Assembly (NCBI GenBank): GCA_002269645.1
Contig: NIVC01002037.1
Coordinates: 62,001-126,000, forward strand
Length of the DNA stretch: 64,000 nt
From: Macrostomum lignano
Lineage: Eukaryota
Direction: 5' to 3'
This document shows positions 35,501 to 50,500 of this stretch, piece after piece. A program made the position numbers and the translations under genes. Under the pieces are notes generated by a model that did no database searches, was not told the DNA's origin, and saw only the letters and a program-made list of their open reading frames with translations. Within the stretch, counting starts at the first letter, position 1. Each line of letters begins with the position of its first letter.

Positions 35501-38500
35501 AGCAATCCATTCTGCTCCTTCATCAATGATAATATAGATTAGCAATCCATTCTGCTCCTTCATCAATGAATATAGATTAGCAATCCATTCTGCTCCTTCA
35601 TCAATGATAATATAGATTAGCAATCCATTCTGCTCCTTCATCAATGAAATATAGATTAGCAATCCATTCTGCTCCTTCATCAATGATATATAGATTAGCA
35701 ATCCATTCTGCTCCTTCATCAATGATAATATAGATTAGCAATCCATTCTGCTCCTTCATCAATGATATATAGATTAGCAATCCATTCTGCTCCTTCATCA
35801 ATGATAATATAGATTAGCAATCCATTCTGCTCCTTCATCAATGATAATATAGATTAGCAATCCATTCTGCTCCTTCATCAATGAATATAGATTAGCAATC
35901 CATTCTGCTCCTTCATCAATGAATATAGATTAGCAATCCATTCTGCTCCTTCATCAATGATAATATAGATTAGCAATCCATTCTGCTCCTTCATCAATGA
36001 AATATAGATTAGCAATCCATTCTGCTCCTTCATCAATGAATATAGATTAGCAATCCATTCTGCTCCTTCATCAATGAATATAGATTAGCAATCCATTCTG
36101 TCCTTCATCAATGAATATAGATTAGCAATCCATTCTGCTCCTTCATCAATGAATATAGATTAGCAATCCATTCTGCTCCTTCATCAATGAATATAGATTA
36201 GCAATCCATTCTGCTCCTTCATCAATGAATATAGATTAGCAATCCATTCTGCTCCTTCATCAATGAATATAGATTAGCAATCCATTCTGCTCCTTCATCA
36301 ATGAATATAGATTAGCAATCCATTCTGCTCCTTCATCAATGAATATAGATTAGCAATCCATTCTGCTCCTTCATCAATGAATATAGATTAGCAATCCATT
36401 CTGCTCCTTCATCAATGAATATAGATTAGCAATCCATTCTGCTCCTTCATCAATGAATATAGATTAGCAATCCATTCTGCTCCTTCATCAATGATATATA
36501 GATTAGCAATCCATTCTGCTCCTTCATCAATGAATATAGATTAGCAATCCATTCTGCTCCTTCATCAATGAATATAGATTAGCAATCCATTCTGCTCCTT
36601 CATCAATGAATATAGATTAGCAATCCATTCTGCTCCTTCATCAATGAATATAGATTAGCAATCCATTCTGCTCCTTCATCAATGATAATATAGATTAGCA
36701 ATCCATTCTGCTCCTTCATCAATGATATATAGATTAGCAATCCATTCTGCTCCTTCATCAATGATAATATAGATTAGCAATCCATTCTGTCCTTCATCAA
36801 TGATAATATAGATTAGCAATCCATTCTGTCCTTCATCAATGATAATATAGATTAGCAATCCATTCTGTCCTTCATCAATGATAATATAGATTAGCAATCC
36901 ATTCTGCTCCTTCATCAATGATAATATAGATTAGCAATCCATTCTGCTCCTTCATCAATGATAATATAGATTAGCAATCCATTCTGCTCCTTCATCAATG
37001 ATAATATAGATTAGCAATCCATTCTGTCCTTCATCAATGATAATATAGATTAGCAATCCATTCTGCTCCTTCATCAATGATAATATAGATTAGCAATCCA
37101 TTCTGCTCCTTCATCAATGATAATATAGATTAGCAATCCATTCTGCTCCTTCATCAATGATAATATAGATTAGCAATCCATTCTGTCCTTCATCAATGAT
37201 AATATAGATTAGCAATCCATTCTGTCCTTCATCAATGATAATATAGATTAGCAATCCATTCTGCTCCTTCATCAATGATAATATAGATTAGCAATCCATT
37301 CTGTCCTTCATCAATGATAATATAGATTAGCAATCCATTCTGTCCTTCATCAATGATAATATAGATTAGCAATCCATTCTGCTCCTTCATCAATGATAAT
37401 ATAGATTAGCAATCCATTCTGCTCCTTCATCAATGATAATATAGATTAGCAATCCATTCTGCTCCTTCATCAATGATAATATAGATTAGCAATCCATTCT
37501 GCTCCTTCATCAATGATAATATAGATTAGCAATCCATTCTGCTCCTTCATCAATGATAATATAGATTAGCAATCCATTCTGCTCCTTCATCAATGATAAT
37601 ATAGATTAGCAATCCATTCTGCTCCTTCATCAATGATAATATAGATTAGCAATCCATTCTGCTCCTTCATCAATGAATATAGATTAGCAATCCATTCTGC
37701 TCCTTCATCAATGAATATAGATTAGCAATCCATTCTGCTCCTTCATCAATGAATATAGATTAGCAATCCATTCTGCTCCTTCATCAATGAATATAGATTA
37801 GCAATCCATTCTGCTCCTTCATCAATGAATATAGATTAGCAATCCATTCTGCTCCTTCATCAATGAATATAGATTAGCAATCCATTCTGCTCCTTCATCA
37901 ATGAATATAGATTAGCAATCCATTCTGCTCCTTCATCAATGAATATAGATTAGCAATCCATTCTGCTCCTTCATCAATGATAATATAGATTAGCAATCCA
38001 TTCTGCTCCTTCATCAATGAATATAGATTAGCAATCCATTCTGCTCCTTCATCAATGAATATAGATTAGCAATCCATTCTGCTCCTTCATCAATGATATA
38101 TAGATTAGCAATCCATTCTGCTCCTTCATCAATGATAATATAGATTAGCAATCCATTCTGCTCCTTCATCAATGAATATAGATTAGCAATCCATTCTGCT
38201 CCTTCATCAATGAATATAGATTAGCAATCCATTCTGCTCCTTCATCAATGAATATAGATTAGCAATCCATTCTGTCCTTCATCAATGAATATAGATTAGC
38301 AATCCATTCTGCTCCTTCATCAATGAATATAGATTAGCAATCCATTCTGCTCCTTCATCAATGAATATAGATTAGCAATCCATTCTGCTCCTTCATCAAT
38401 GGAATATAGATTAGCAATCCATTCTGCTCCTTCATCAATGAATATAGATTAGCAATCCATTCTGCTCCTTCATCAATGAATATAGATTAGCAATCCATTC

Positions 38501-41500
38501 TGCTCCTTCATCAATGATAATATAGATTAGCAATCCATTCTGCTCCTTCATCAATGAATATAGATTAGCAATCCATTCTGCTCCTTCATCAATGGAATAT
38601 AGATTAGCAATCCATTCTGCTCCTTCATCAATGAAATATAGATTAGCAATCCATTCTGCTCCTTCATCAATGAATATAGATTAGCAATCCATTCTGCTCC
38701 TTCATCAATGAATATAGATTAGCAATCCATTCTGCTCCTTCATCAATGATAATATAGATTAGCAATCCATTCTGCTCCTTCATCAATGAATATAGATTAG
38801 CAATCCATTCTGCTCCTTCATCAATGAATATAGATTAGCAATCCATTCTGTCCTTCATCAATGAATATAGATTAGCAATCCATTCTGCTCCTTCATCAAT
38901 GAAATATAGATTAGCAATCCATTCTGCTCCTTCATCAATGAATATAGATTAGCAATCCATTCTGCTCCTTCATCAATGATAATATAGATTAGCAATCCAT
39001 TCTGCTCCTTCATCAATGAATATAGATTAGCAATCCATTCTGCTCCTTCATCAATGATAATATAGATTAGCAATCCATTCTGCTCCTTCATCAATGAATA
39101 TAGATTAGCAATCCATTCTGCTCCTTCATCAATGAAATATAGATTAGCAATCCATTCTGTCCTTCATCAATGATAATATAGATTAGCAATCCATTCTGTC
39201 CTTCATCAATGAATATAGATTAGCAATCCATTCTGCTCCTTCATCAATGAATATAGATTAGCAATCCATTCTGCTCCTTCATCAATGAATATAGATTAGC
39301 AATCCATTCTGTCCTTCATCAATTGAATATAGATTAGCAATCCATTCTGCTCCTTCATCAATGAATATAGATTAGCAATCCATTCTGCTCCTTCATCAAT
39401 GAATATAGATTAGCAATCCATTCTGCTCCTTCATCAATGAATATAGATTAGCAATCCATTCTGCTCCTTCATCAATGAATATAGATTAGCAATCCATTCT
39501 GCTCCTTCATCAATGAATATAGATTAGCAATCCATTCTGCTCCTTCATCAATGAAATATAGATTAGCAATCCATTCTGTCCTTCATCAATGAATATAGAT
39601 TAGCAATCCATTCTGTCCTTCATCAATGATAATATAGATTAGCAATCCATTCTGCTCCTTCATCAATGAATATAGATTAGCAATCCATTCTGCTCCTTCA
39701 TCAATGAATATAGATTAGCAATCCATTCTGTCCTTCATCAATGAATATAGATTAGCAATCCATTCTGCTCCTTCATCAATGAATATAGATTAGCAATCCA
39801 TTCTGCTCCTTCATCAATGAATAATAGATTAGCAATCCATTCTGCTCCTTCATCAATGAATATAGATTAGCAATCCATTCTGCTCCTTCATCAATGATAA
39901 TATAGATTAGCAATCCATTCTGCTCCTTCATCAATGATAATATAGATTAGCAATCCATTCTGCTCCTTCATCAATGATAATATAGATTAGCAATCCATTC
40001 TGCTCCTTCATCAATGATAATATAGATTAGCAATCCATTCTGCTCCTTCATCAATGAATATAGATTAGCAATCCATTCTGCTCCTTCATCAATGAATATA
40101 GATTAGCAATCCATTCTGTCCTTCATCAATGATAATATAGATTAGCAATCCATTCTGCTCCTTCATCAATGATAATATAGATTAGCAATCCATTCTGCTC
40201 CTTCATCAATGATAATATAGATTAGCAATCCATTCTGCTCCTTCATCAATGATAATATAGATTAGCAATCCATTCTGCTCCTTCATCAATGATAATATAG
40301 ATTAGCAATCCATTCTGCTCCTTCATCAATGATAATATAGATTAGCAATCCATTCTGCTCCTTCATCAATGATAATATAGATTAGCAATCCATTCTGCTC
40401 CTTCATCAATGATAATATAGATTAGCAATCCATTCTGCTCCTTCATCAATGATAATATAGATTAGCAATCCATTCTGCTCCTTCATCAATGATAATATAG
40501 ATTAGCAATCCATTCTGCTCCTTCATCAATGATAATATAGATTAGCAATCCATTCTGCTCCTTCATCAATGATAATATAGATTAGCAATCCATTCTGCTC
40601 CTTCATCAATGATAATATAGATTAGCAATCCATTCTGCTCCTTCATCAATGATAATATAGATTAGCAATCCATTCTGCTCCTTCATCAATGAATATAGAT
40701 TAGCAATCCATTCTGCTCCTTCATCAATGATAATATAGATTAGCAATCCATTCTGCTCCTTCATCAATGATAATATAGATTAGCAATCCATTCTGCTCCT
40801 TCATCAATGATAATATAGATTAGCAATCCATTCTGCTCCTTCATCAATGAATATAGATTAGCAATCCATTCTGCTCCTTCATCAATGAAATATAGATTAG
40901 CAATCCATTCTGCTCCTTCATCAATGAATATAGATTAGCAATCCATTCTGCTCCTTCATCAATGAATATAGATTAGCAATCCATTCTGCTCCTTCATCAA
41001 TGAATATAGATTAGCAATCCATTCTGCTCCTTCATCAATGAATATAGATTAGCAATCCATTCTGCTCCTTCATCAATGATAATATAGATTAGCAATCCAT
41101 TCTGCTCCTTCATCAATGATAATATAGATTAGCAATCCATTCTGCTCCTTCATCAATGAATATAGATTAGCAATCCATTCTGCTCCTTCATCAATGATAT
41201 ATAGATTAGCAATCCATTCTGCTCCTTCATCAATGATAATAGATTAGCAATCCATTCTGCTCCTTCATCAATGATAATATAGATTAGCAATCCATTCTGC
41301 TCCTTCATCAATGAATATAGATTAGCAATCCATTCTGCTCCTTCATCAATGAATATAGATTAGCAATCCATTCTGCTCCTTCATCAATGAATATAGATTA
41401 GCAATCCATTCTGCTCCTTCATCAATGATAATATAGATTAGCAATCCATTCTGCTCCTTCATCAATGATAATATAGATTAGCAATCCATTCTGCTCCTTC

Positions 41501-44500
41501 ATCAATGAATATAGATTAGCAATCCATTCTGCTCCTTCATCAATGAATATAGATTAGCAATCCATTCTGCTCCTTCATCAATGATAATATAGATTAGCAA
41601 TCCATTCTGCTCCTTCATCAATGATAATATAGATTAGCAATCCATTCTGCTCCTTCATCAATGATAATATAGATTAGCAATCCATTCTGCTCCTTCATCA
41701 ATGAATATAGATTAGCAATCCATTCTGCTCCTTCATCAATGAATATAGATTAGCAATCCATTCTGCTCCTTCATCAATGATAATATAGATTAGCAATCCA
41801 TTCTGCTCCTTCATCAATGAATATAGATTAGCAATCCATTCTGCTCCTTCATCAATGAAATATAGATTAGCAATCCATTCTGCTCCTTCATCAATGATAA
41901 TATAGATTAGCAATCCATTCTGCTCCTTCATCAATGATAATATAGATTAGCAATCCATTCTGCTCCTTCATCAATGATATATAGATTAGCAATCCATTCT
42001 GCTCCTTCATCAATGATAATATAGATTAGCAATCCATTCTGCTCCTTCATCAATGAATATAGATTAGCAATCCATTCTGCTCCTTCATCAATGATAATAT
42101 AGATTAGCAATCCATTCTGCTCCTTCATCAATGAATATAGATTAGCAATCCATTCTGCTCCTTCATCAATGAATATAGATTAGCAATCCATTCTGCTCCT
42201 TCATCAATGAATATAGATTAGCAATCCATTCTGTCCTTCATCAATGAATATAGATTAGCAATCCATTCTGTCCTTCATCAATGAATATAGATTAGCAATC
42301 CATTCTGTCCTTCATCAATTGAATATAGATTAGCAATCCATTCTGCTCCTTCATCAATGAATATAGATTAGCAATCCATTCTGCTCCTTCATCAATGAAA
42401 TATAGATTAGCAATCCATTCTGCTCCTTCATCAATGAATATAGATTAGCAATCCATTCTGCTCCTTCATCAATGAATATAGATTAGCAATCCATTCTGCT
42501 CCTTCATCAATGAATATAGATTAGCAATCCATTCTGTCCTTCATCAATGAATATAGATTAGCAATCCATTCTGCTCCTTCATCAATGAATATAGATTAGC
42601 AATCCATTCTGCTCCTTCATCAATGAATATAGATTAGCAATCCATTCTGTCCTTCATCAATTGAATATAGATTAGCAATCCATTCTGCTCCTTCATCAAT
42701 GAATATAGATTAGCAATCCATTCTGCTCCTTCATCAATGAATATAGATTAGCAATCCATTCTGCTCCTTCATCAATGAATATAGATTAGCAATCCATTCT
42801 GCTCCTTCATCAATGAATATAGATTAGCAATCCATTCTGCTCCTTCATCAATGGAATATAGATTAGCAATCCATTCTGCTCCTTCATCAATGAAATATAG
42901 ATTAGCAATCCATTCTGCTCCTTCATCAATGAATATAGATTAGCAATCCATTCTGCTCCTTCATCAATGAATATAGATTAGCAATCCATTCTGCTCCTTC
43001 ATCAATGATAATATAGATTAGCAATCCATTCTGCTCCTTCATCAATGATAATATAGATTAGCAATCCATTCTGCTCCTTCATCAATGATAATATAGATTA
43101 GCAATCCATTCTGTCCTTCATCAATGAATATAGATTAGCAATCCATTCTGCTCCTTCATCAATGATAATATAGATTAGCAATCCATTCTGTCCTTCATCA
43201 ATGATAATATAGATTAGCAATCCATTCTGTCCTTCATCAATGATAATATAGATTAGCAATCCATTCTGCTCCTTCATCAATGATAATATAGATTAGCAAT
43301 CCATTCTGCTCCTTCATCAATGATAATATAGATTAGCAATCCATTCTGCTCCTTCATCAATGATAATATAGATTAGCAATCCATTCTGTCCTTCATCAAT
43401 GATAATATAGATTAGCAATCCATTCTGCTCCTTCATCAATGATAATATAGATTAGCAATCCATTCTGCTCCTTCATCAATGATAATATAGATTAGCAATC
43501 CATTCTGCTCCTTCATCAATGATAATATAGATTAGCAATCCATTCTGCTCCTTCATCAATGATAATATAGATTAGCAATCCATTCTGCTCCTTCATCAAT
43601 GATAATATAGATTAGCAATCCATTCTGCTCCTTCATCAATGATAATATAGATTAGCAATCCATTCTGCTCCTTCATCAATGATAATATAGATTAGCAATC
43701 CATTCTGCTCCTTCATCAATGATAATATAGATTAGCAATCCATTCTGCTCCTTCATCAATGATAATATAGATTAGCAATCCATTCTGCTCCTTCATCAAT
43801 GATAATATAGATTAGCAATCCATTCTGCTCCTTCATCAATGATAATATAGATTAGCAATCCATTCTGCTCCTTCATCAATGATAATATAGATTAGCAATC
43901 CATTCTGCTCCTTCATCAATGATAATATAGATTAGCAATCCATTCTGCTCCTTCATCAATGAATATAGATTAGCAATCCATTCTGCTCCTTCATCAATGA
44001 TAATATAGATTAGCAATCCATTCTGCTCCTTCATCAATGAATATAGATTAGCAATCCATTCTGCTCCTTCATCAATGATAATATAGATTAGCAATCCATT
44101 CTGCTCCTTCATCAATGATAATATAGATTAGCAATCCATTCTGCTCCTTCATCAATGAAATATAGATTAGCAATCCATTCTGCTCCTTCATCAATGAAAT
44201 ATAGATTAGCAATCCATTCTGCTCCTTCATCAATGATAATATAGATTAGCAATCCATTCTGCTCCTTCATCAATGATAATATAGATTAGCAATCCATTCT
44301 GCTCCTTCATCAATGATAATATAGATTAGCAATCCATTCTGCTCCTTCATCAATGATAATATAGATTAGCAATCCATTCTGCTCCTTCATCAATGAATAT
44401 AGATTAGCAATCCATTCTGTCCTTCATCAATGAATATAGATTAGCAATCCATTCTGCTCCTTCATCAATGAATATAGATTAGCAATCCATTCTGCTCCTT

Positions 44501-47500
44501 CATCAATGAATATAGATTAGCAATCCATTCTGTCCTTCATCAATTGAATATAGATTAGCAATCCATTCTGTCCTTCATCAATGAATATAGATTAGCAATC
44601 CATTCTGTCCTTCATCAATGAATATAGATTAGCAATCCATTCTGTCCTTCATCAATGAATATAGATTAGCAATCCATTCTGCTCCTTCATCAATGAATAT
44701 AGATTAGCAATCCATTCTGCTCCTTCATCAATGAATATAGATTAGCAATCCATTCTGTCCTTCATCAATGATAATATAGATTAGCAATCCATTCTGCTCC
44801 TTCATCAATGAATATAGATTAGCAATCCATTCTGCTCCTTCATCAATGAATATAGATTAGCAATCCATTCTGCTCCTTCATCAATGAATATAGATTAGCA
44901 ATCCATTCTGCTCCTTCATCAATGAATATAGATTAGCAATCCATTCTGCTCCTTCATCAATGAATATAGATTAGCAATCCATTCTGCTCCTTCATCAATG
45001 AAATATAGATTAGCAATCCATTCTGCTCCTTCATCAATGAATATAGATTAGCAATCCATTCTGCTCCTTCATCAATGAATATAGATTAGCAATCCATTCT
45101 GCTCCTTCATCAATGAATATAGATTAGCAATCCATTCTGCTCCTTCATCAATGAATATAGATTAGCAATCCATTCTGCTCCTTCATCAATGAATATAGAT
45201 TAGCAATCCATTCTGCTCCTTCATCAATGATAATATAGATTAGCAATCCATTCTGCTCCTTCATCAATGAATATAGATTAGCAATCCATTCTGCTCCTTC
45301 ATCAATGAATATAGATTAGCAATCCATTCTGCTCCTTCATCAATGAATATAGATTAGCAATCCATTCTGCTCCTTCATCAATGGAATATAGATTAGCAAT
45401 CCATTCTGCTCCTTCATCAATTGAATATAGATTAGCAATCCATTCTGCTCCTTCATCAATGGAATATAGATTAGCAATCCATTCTGCTCCTTCATCAATG
45501 AATATAGATTAGCAATCCATTCTGCTCCTTCATCAATGGAATATAGATTAGCAATCCATTCTGCTCCTTCATCAATGAATATAGATTAGCAATCCATTCT
45601 GCTCCTTCATCAATGGTAATATAGATTAGCAATCCATTCTGCTCCTTCATCAATGAATATAGATTAGCAATCCATTCTGCTCCTTCATCAATGATAATAT
45701 AGATTAGCAATCCATTCTGCTCCTTCATCAATGAATATAGATTAGCAATCCATTCTGCTCCTTCATCAATGATAATATAGATTAGCAATCCATTCTGCTC
45801 CTTCATCAATGAATATAGATTAGCAATCCATTCTGCTCCTTCATCAATGATAATATAGATTAGCAATCCATTCTGCTCCTTCATCAATGATAATATAGAT
45901 TAGCAATCCATTCTGCTCCTTCATCAATGATAATATAGATTAGCAATCCATTCTGCTCCTTCATCAATGATAATATAGATTAGCAATCCATTCTGCTCCT
46001 TCATCAATGATAATATAGATTAGCAATCCATTCTGCTCCTTCATCAATGATAATATAGATTAGCAATCCATTCTGCTCCTTCATCAATGATAATATAGAT
46101 TAGCAATCCATTCTGCTCCTTCATCAATGATATATAGATTAGCAATCCATTCTGCTCCTTCATCAATGATAATATAGATTAGCAATCCATTCTGCTCCTT
46201 CATCAATGAATATAGATTAGCAATCCATTCTGCTCCTTCATCAATGAATATAGATTAGCAATCCATTCTGCTCCTTCATCAATGATAATATAGATTAGCA
46301 ATCCATTCTGCTCCTTCATCAATGATAATATAGATTAGCAATCCATTCTGCTCCTTCATCAATGAATATAGATTAGCAATCCATTCTGCTCCTTCATCAA
46401 TGTAATATAGATTAGCAATCCATTCTGCTCCTTCATCAATGGTAATATAGATTAGCAATCCATTCTGCTCCTTCATCAATGATAATATAGATTAGCAATC
46501 CATTCTGCTCCTTCATCAATGAATATAGATTAGCAATCCATTCTGCTCCTTCATCAATGTAATATAGATTAGCAATCCATTCTGCTCCTTCATCAATGGT
46601 AATATAGATTAGCAATCCATTCTGTCCTTCATCAATGAATATAGATTAGCAATCCATTCTGCTCCTTCATCAATGATAATATAGATTAGCAATCCATTCT
46701 GCTCCTTCATCAATGAATATAGATTAGCAATCCATTCTGCTCCTTCATCAATGAATATAGATTAGCAATCCATTCTGCTCCTTCATCAATGAATATAGAT
46801 TAGCAATCCATTCTGCTCCTTCATCAATGATAATATAGATTAGCAATCCATTCTGTCCTTCATCAATGGAATATAGATTAGCAATCCATTCTGCTCCTTC
46901 ATCAATGAATATAGATTAGCAATCCATTCTGCTCCTTCATCAATGATAATATAGATTAGCAATCCATTCTGCTCCTTCATCAATGAATATAGATTAGCAA
47001 TCCATTCTGCTCCTTCATCAATGAATATAGATTAGCAATCCATTCTGCTCCTTCATCAATTGGAATATAGATTAGCAATCCATTCTGCTCCTTCATCAAT
47101 GGAATATAGATTAGCAATCCATTCTGCTCCTTCATCAATGAATATAGATTAGCAATCCATTCTGCTCCTTCATCAATGAATATAGATTAGCAATCCATTC
47201 TGCTCCTTCATCAATGATAATATAGATTAGCAATCCATTCTGCTCCTTCATCAATGAATATAGATTAGCAATCCATTCTGCTCCTTCATCAATGATAATA
47301 TAGATTAGCAATCCATTCTGCTCCTTCATCAATGATAATATAGATTAGCAATCCATTCTGCTCCTTCATCAATGATAATATAGATTAGCAATCCATTCTG
47401 CTCCTTCATCAATGAATATAGATTAGCAATCCATTCTGCTCCTTCATCAATGAATATAGATTAGCAATCCATTCTGTCCTTCATCAATGATAATATAGAT

Positions 47501-50500
47501 TAGCAATCCATTCTGCTCCTTCATCAATGATAATATAGATTAGCAATCCATTCTGCTCCTTCATCAATGAATATAGATTAGCAATCCATTCTGCTCCTTC
47601 ATCAATGATAATATAGATTAGCAATCCATTCTGCTCCTTCATCAATGATAATATAGATTAGCAATCCATTCTGTCCTTCATCAATGATAATATAGATTAG
47701 CAATCCATTCTGTCCTTCATCAATGATAATATAGATTAGCAATCCATTCTGCTCCTTCATCAATGATAATATAGATTAGCAATCCATTCTGCTCCTTCAT
47801 CAATGATAATATAGATTAGCAATCCATTCTGCTCCTTCATCAATGATAATATAGATTAGCAATCCATTCTGCTCCTTCATCAATGATAATATAGATTAGC
47901 AATCCATTCTGCTCCTTCATCAATGATAATATAGATTAGCAATCCATTCTGCTCCTTCATCAATGATAATATAGATTAGCAATCCATTCTGCTCCTTCAT
48001 CAATGATAATATAGATTAGCAATCCATTCTGCTCCTTCATCAATGATATATAGATTAGCAATCCATTCTGCTCCTTCATCAATGAAATATAGATTAGCAA
48101 TCCATTCTGCTCCTTCATCAATGATAATATAGATTAGCAATCCATTCTGCTCCTTCATCAATGATAATATAGATTAGCAATCCATTCTGCTCCTTCATCA
48201 ATGATAATATAGATTAGCAATCCATTCTGCTCCTTCATCAATGATAATATAGATTAGCAATCCATTCTGCTCCTTCATCAATGATAATATAGATTAGCAA
48301 TCCATTCTGCTCCTTCATCAATGAATATAGATTAGCAATCCATTCTGCTCCTTCATCAATGAATATAGATTAGCAATCCATTCTGCTCCTTCATCAATGA
48401 TAATATAGATTAGCAATCCATTCTGCTCCTTCATCAATGATAATATAGATTAGCAATCCATTCTGCTCCTTCATCAATGATAATATAGATTAGCAATCCA
48501 TTCTGTTCCTTCATCAATGATAATATAGATTAGCAATCCATTCTGCTCCTTCATCAATGATAATATAGATTAGCAATCCATTCTGCTCCTTCATCAATGA
48601 TAATATAGATTAGCAATCCATTCTGCTCCTTCATCAATGATAATATAGATTAGCAATCCATTCTGCTCCTTCATCAATTGGAATATAGATTAGCAATCCA
48701 TTCTGCTCCTTCATCAATGAATATAGATTAGCAATCCATTCTGCTCCTTCATCAATTGAATATAGATTAGCAATCCATTCTGTCCTTCATCAATGAATAT
48801 AGATTAGCAATCCATTCTGTTCCTTCATCAATTGGAATATAGATTAGCAATCCATTCTGTTCCTTCATCAATTGGAATATAGATTAGCAATCCATTCTGT
48901 TCCTTCATCAATTAGAATATAGATTAGCAATCCATTCTGTCCTTCATCAATTGGAATATAGATTAGCAATCCATTCTGCTCCTTCATCAATTGGAATATA
49001 GATTAGCAATCCATTCTGCTCCTTCATTAATGATAATATAGATTAGCAATCCATTCTGTTCCTTCATCAATGATAATATAGATTAGCAATCCATTCTGTT
49101 CCTTCATCAATGGAATATAGATTAGCAATCCATTCTGCTCCTTCATCAATTGGAATATAGATTAGCAATCCATTCTGTTCCTTCATCAATTGGAATATAG
49201 ATTAGCAATCCATTCTGTTCCTTCATCAATTGGAATATAGATTAGCAATCCATTCTGCTCCTTCATCAATTGGAATATAGATTAGCAATCCATTCTGTTC
49301 CTTCATCAATGATAATATAGATTAGCAATCCATTCTGCTCCTTCATCAATGATATATAGATTAGCAATCCATTCTGCTCCTTCATCAATGATAATATAGA
49401 TTAGCAATCCATTCTGCTCCTTCATCAATGATAATATAGATTAGCAATCCATTCTGCTCCTTCATCAATTGGAATATAGATTAGCAATCCATTCTGCTCC
49501 TTCATCAATGAATATAGATTAGCAATCCATTCTGCTTCCTTCATCAATGATAATATAGATTAGCAATCCATTCTGTTCCTTCATCAATGAATATAGATTA
49601 GCAATCCATTCTGCTCCTTCATCAATGAATATAGATTAGCAATCCATTCTGTTCCTTCATCAATTGGAATATAGATTAGCAATCCATTCTGTCCTTCATC
49701 AATTGGAATATAGATTAGCAATCCATTCTGTTCCTTCATCAATTGGAATATAGATTAGCAATCCATTCTGCTCCTTCATCAATTGGAATATAGATTAGCA
49801 ATCCATTCTGCTCCTTCATCAATGGTAATATAGATTAGCAATCCATTCTGCTCCTTCATCAATTGGAATATAGATTAGCAATCCATTCTGTTCCTTCATC
49901 AATTGGAATATAGATTAGCAATCCATTCTGCTCCTTCATCAATGGTAATATAGATTAGCAATCCATTCTGCTCCTTCATCAATGATAATATAGATTAGCA
50001 ATCCATTCTGTCCTTCATCAATTGGAATATAGATTAGCAATCCATTCTGCTCCTTCATCAATGGTAATATAGATTAGCAATCCATTCTGCTCCTTCATCA
50101 ATGATAATATAGATTAGCAATCCATTCTGCTCCTTCATCAATGGTAATATAGATTAGCAATCCATTCTGCTCCTTCATCAATGATAATATAGATTAGCAA
50201 TCCATTCTGTTCCTTCATCAATTGGAATATAGATTAGCAATCCATTCTGCTCCTTCATCAATGGTAATATAGATTAGCAATCCATTCTGCTCCTTCATCA
50301 ATGATAATATAGATTAGCAATCCATTCTGCTCCTTCATCAATGATAATATAGATTAGCAATCCATTCTGCTCCTTCATCAATGATAATATAGATTAGCAA
50401 TCCATTCTGCTCCTTCATCAATGATAATATAGATTAGCAATCCATTCTGCTCCTTCATCAATGATAATATAGATTAGCAATCCATTCTGCTCCTTCATCA

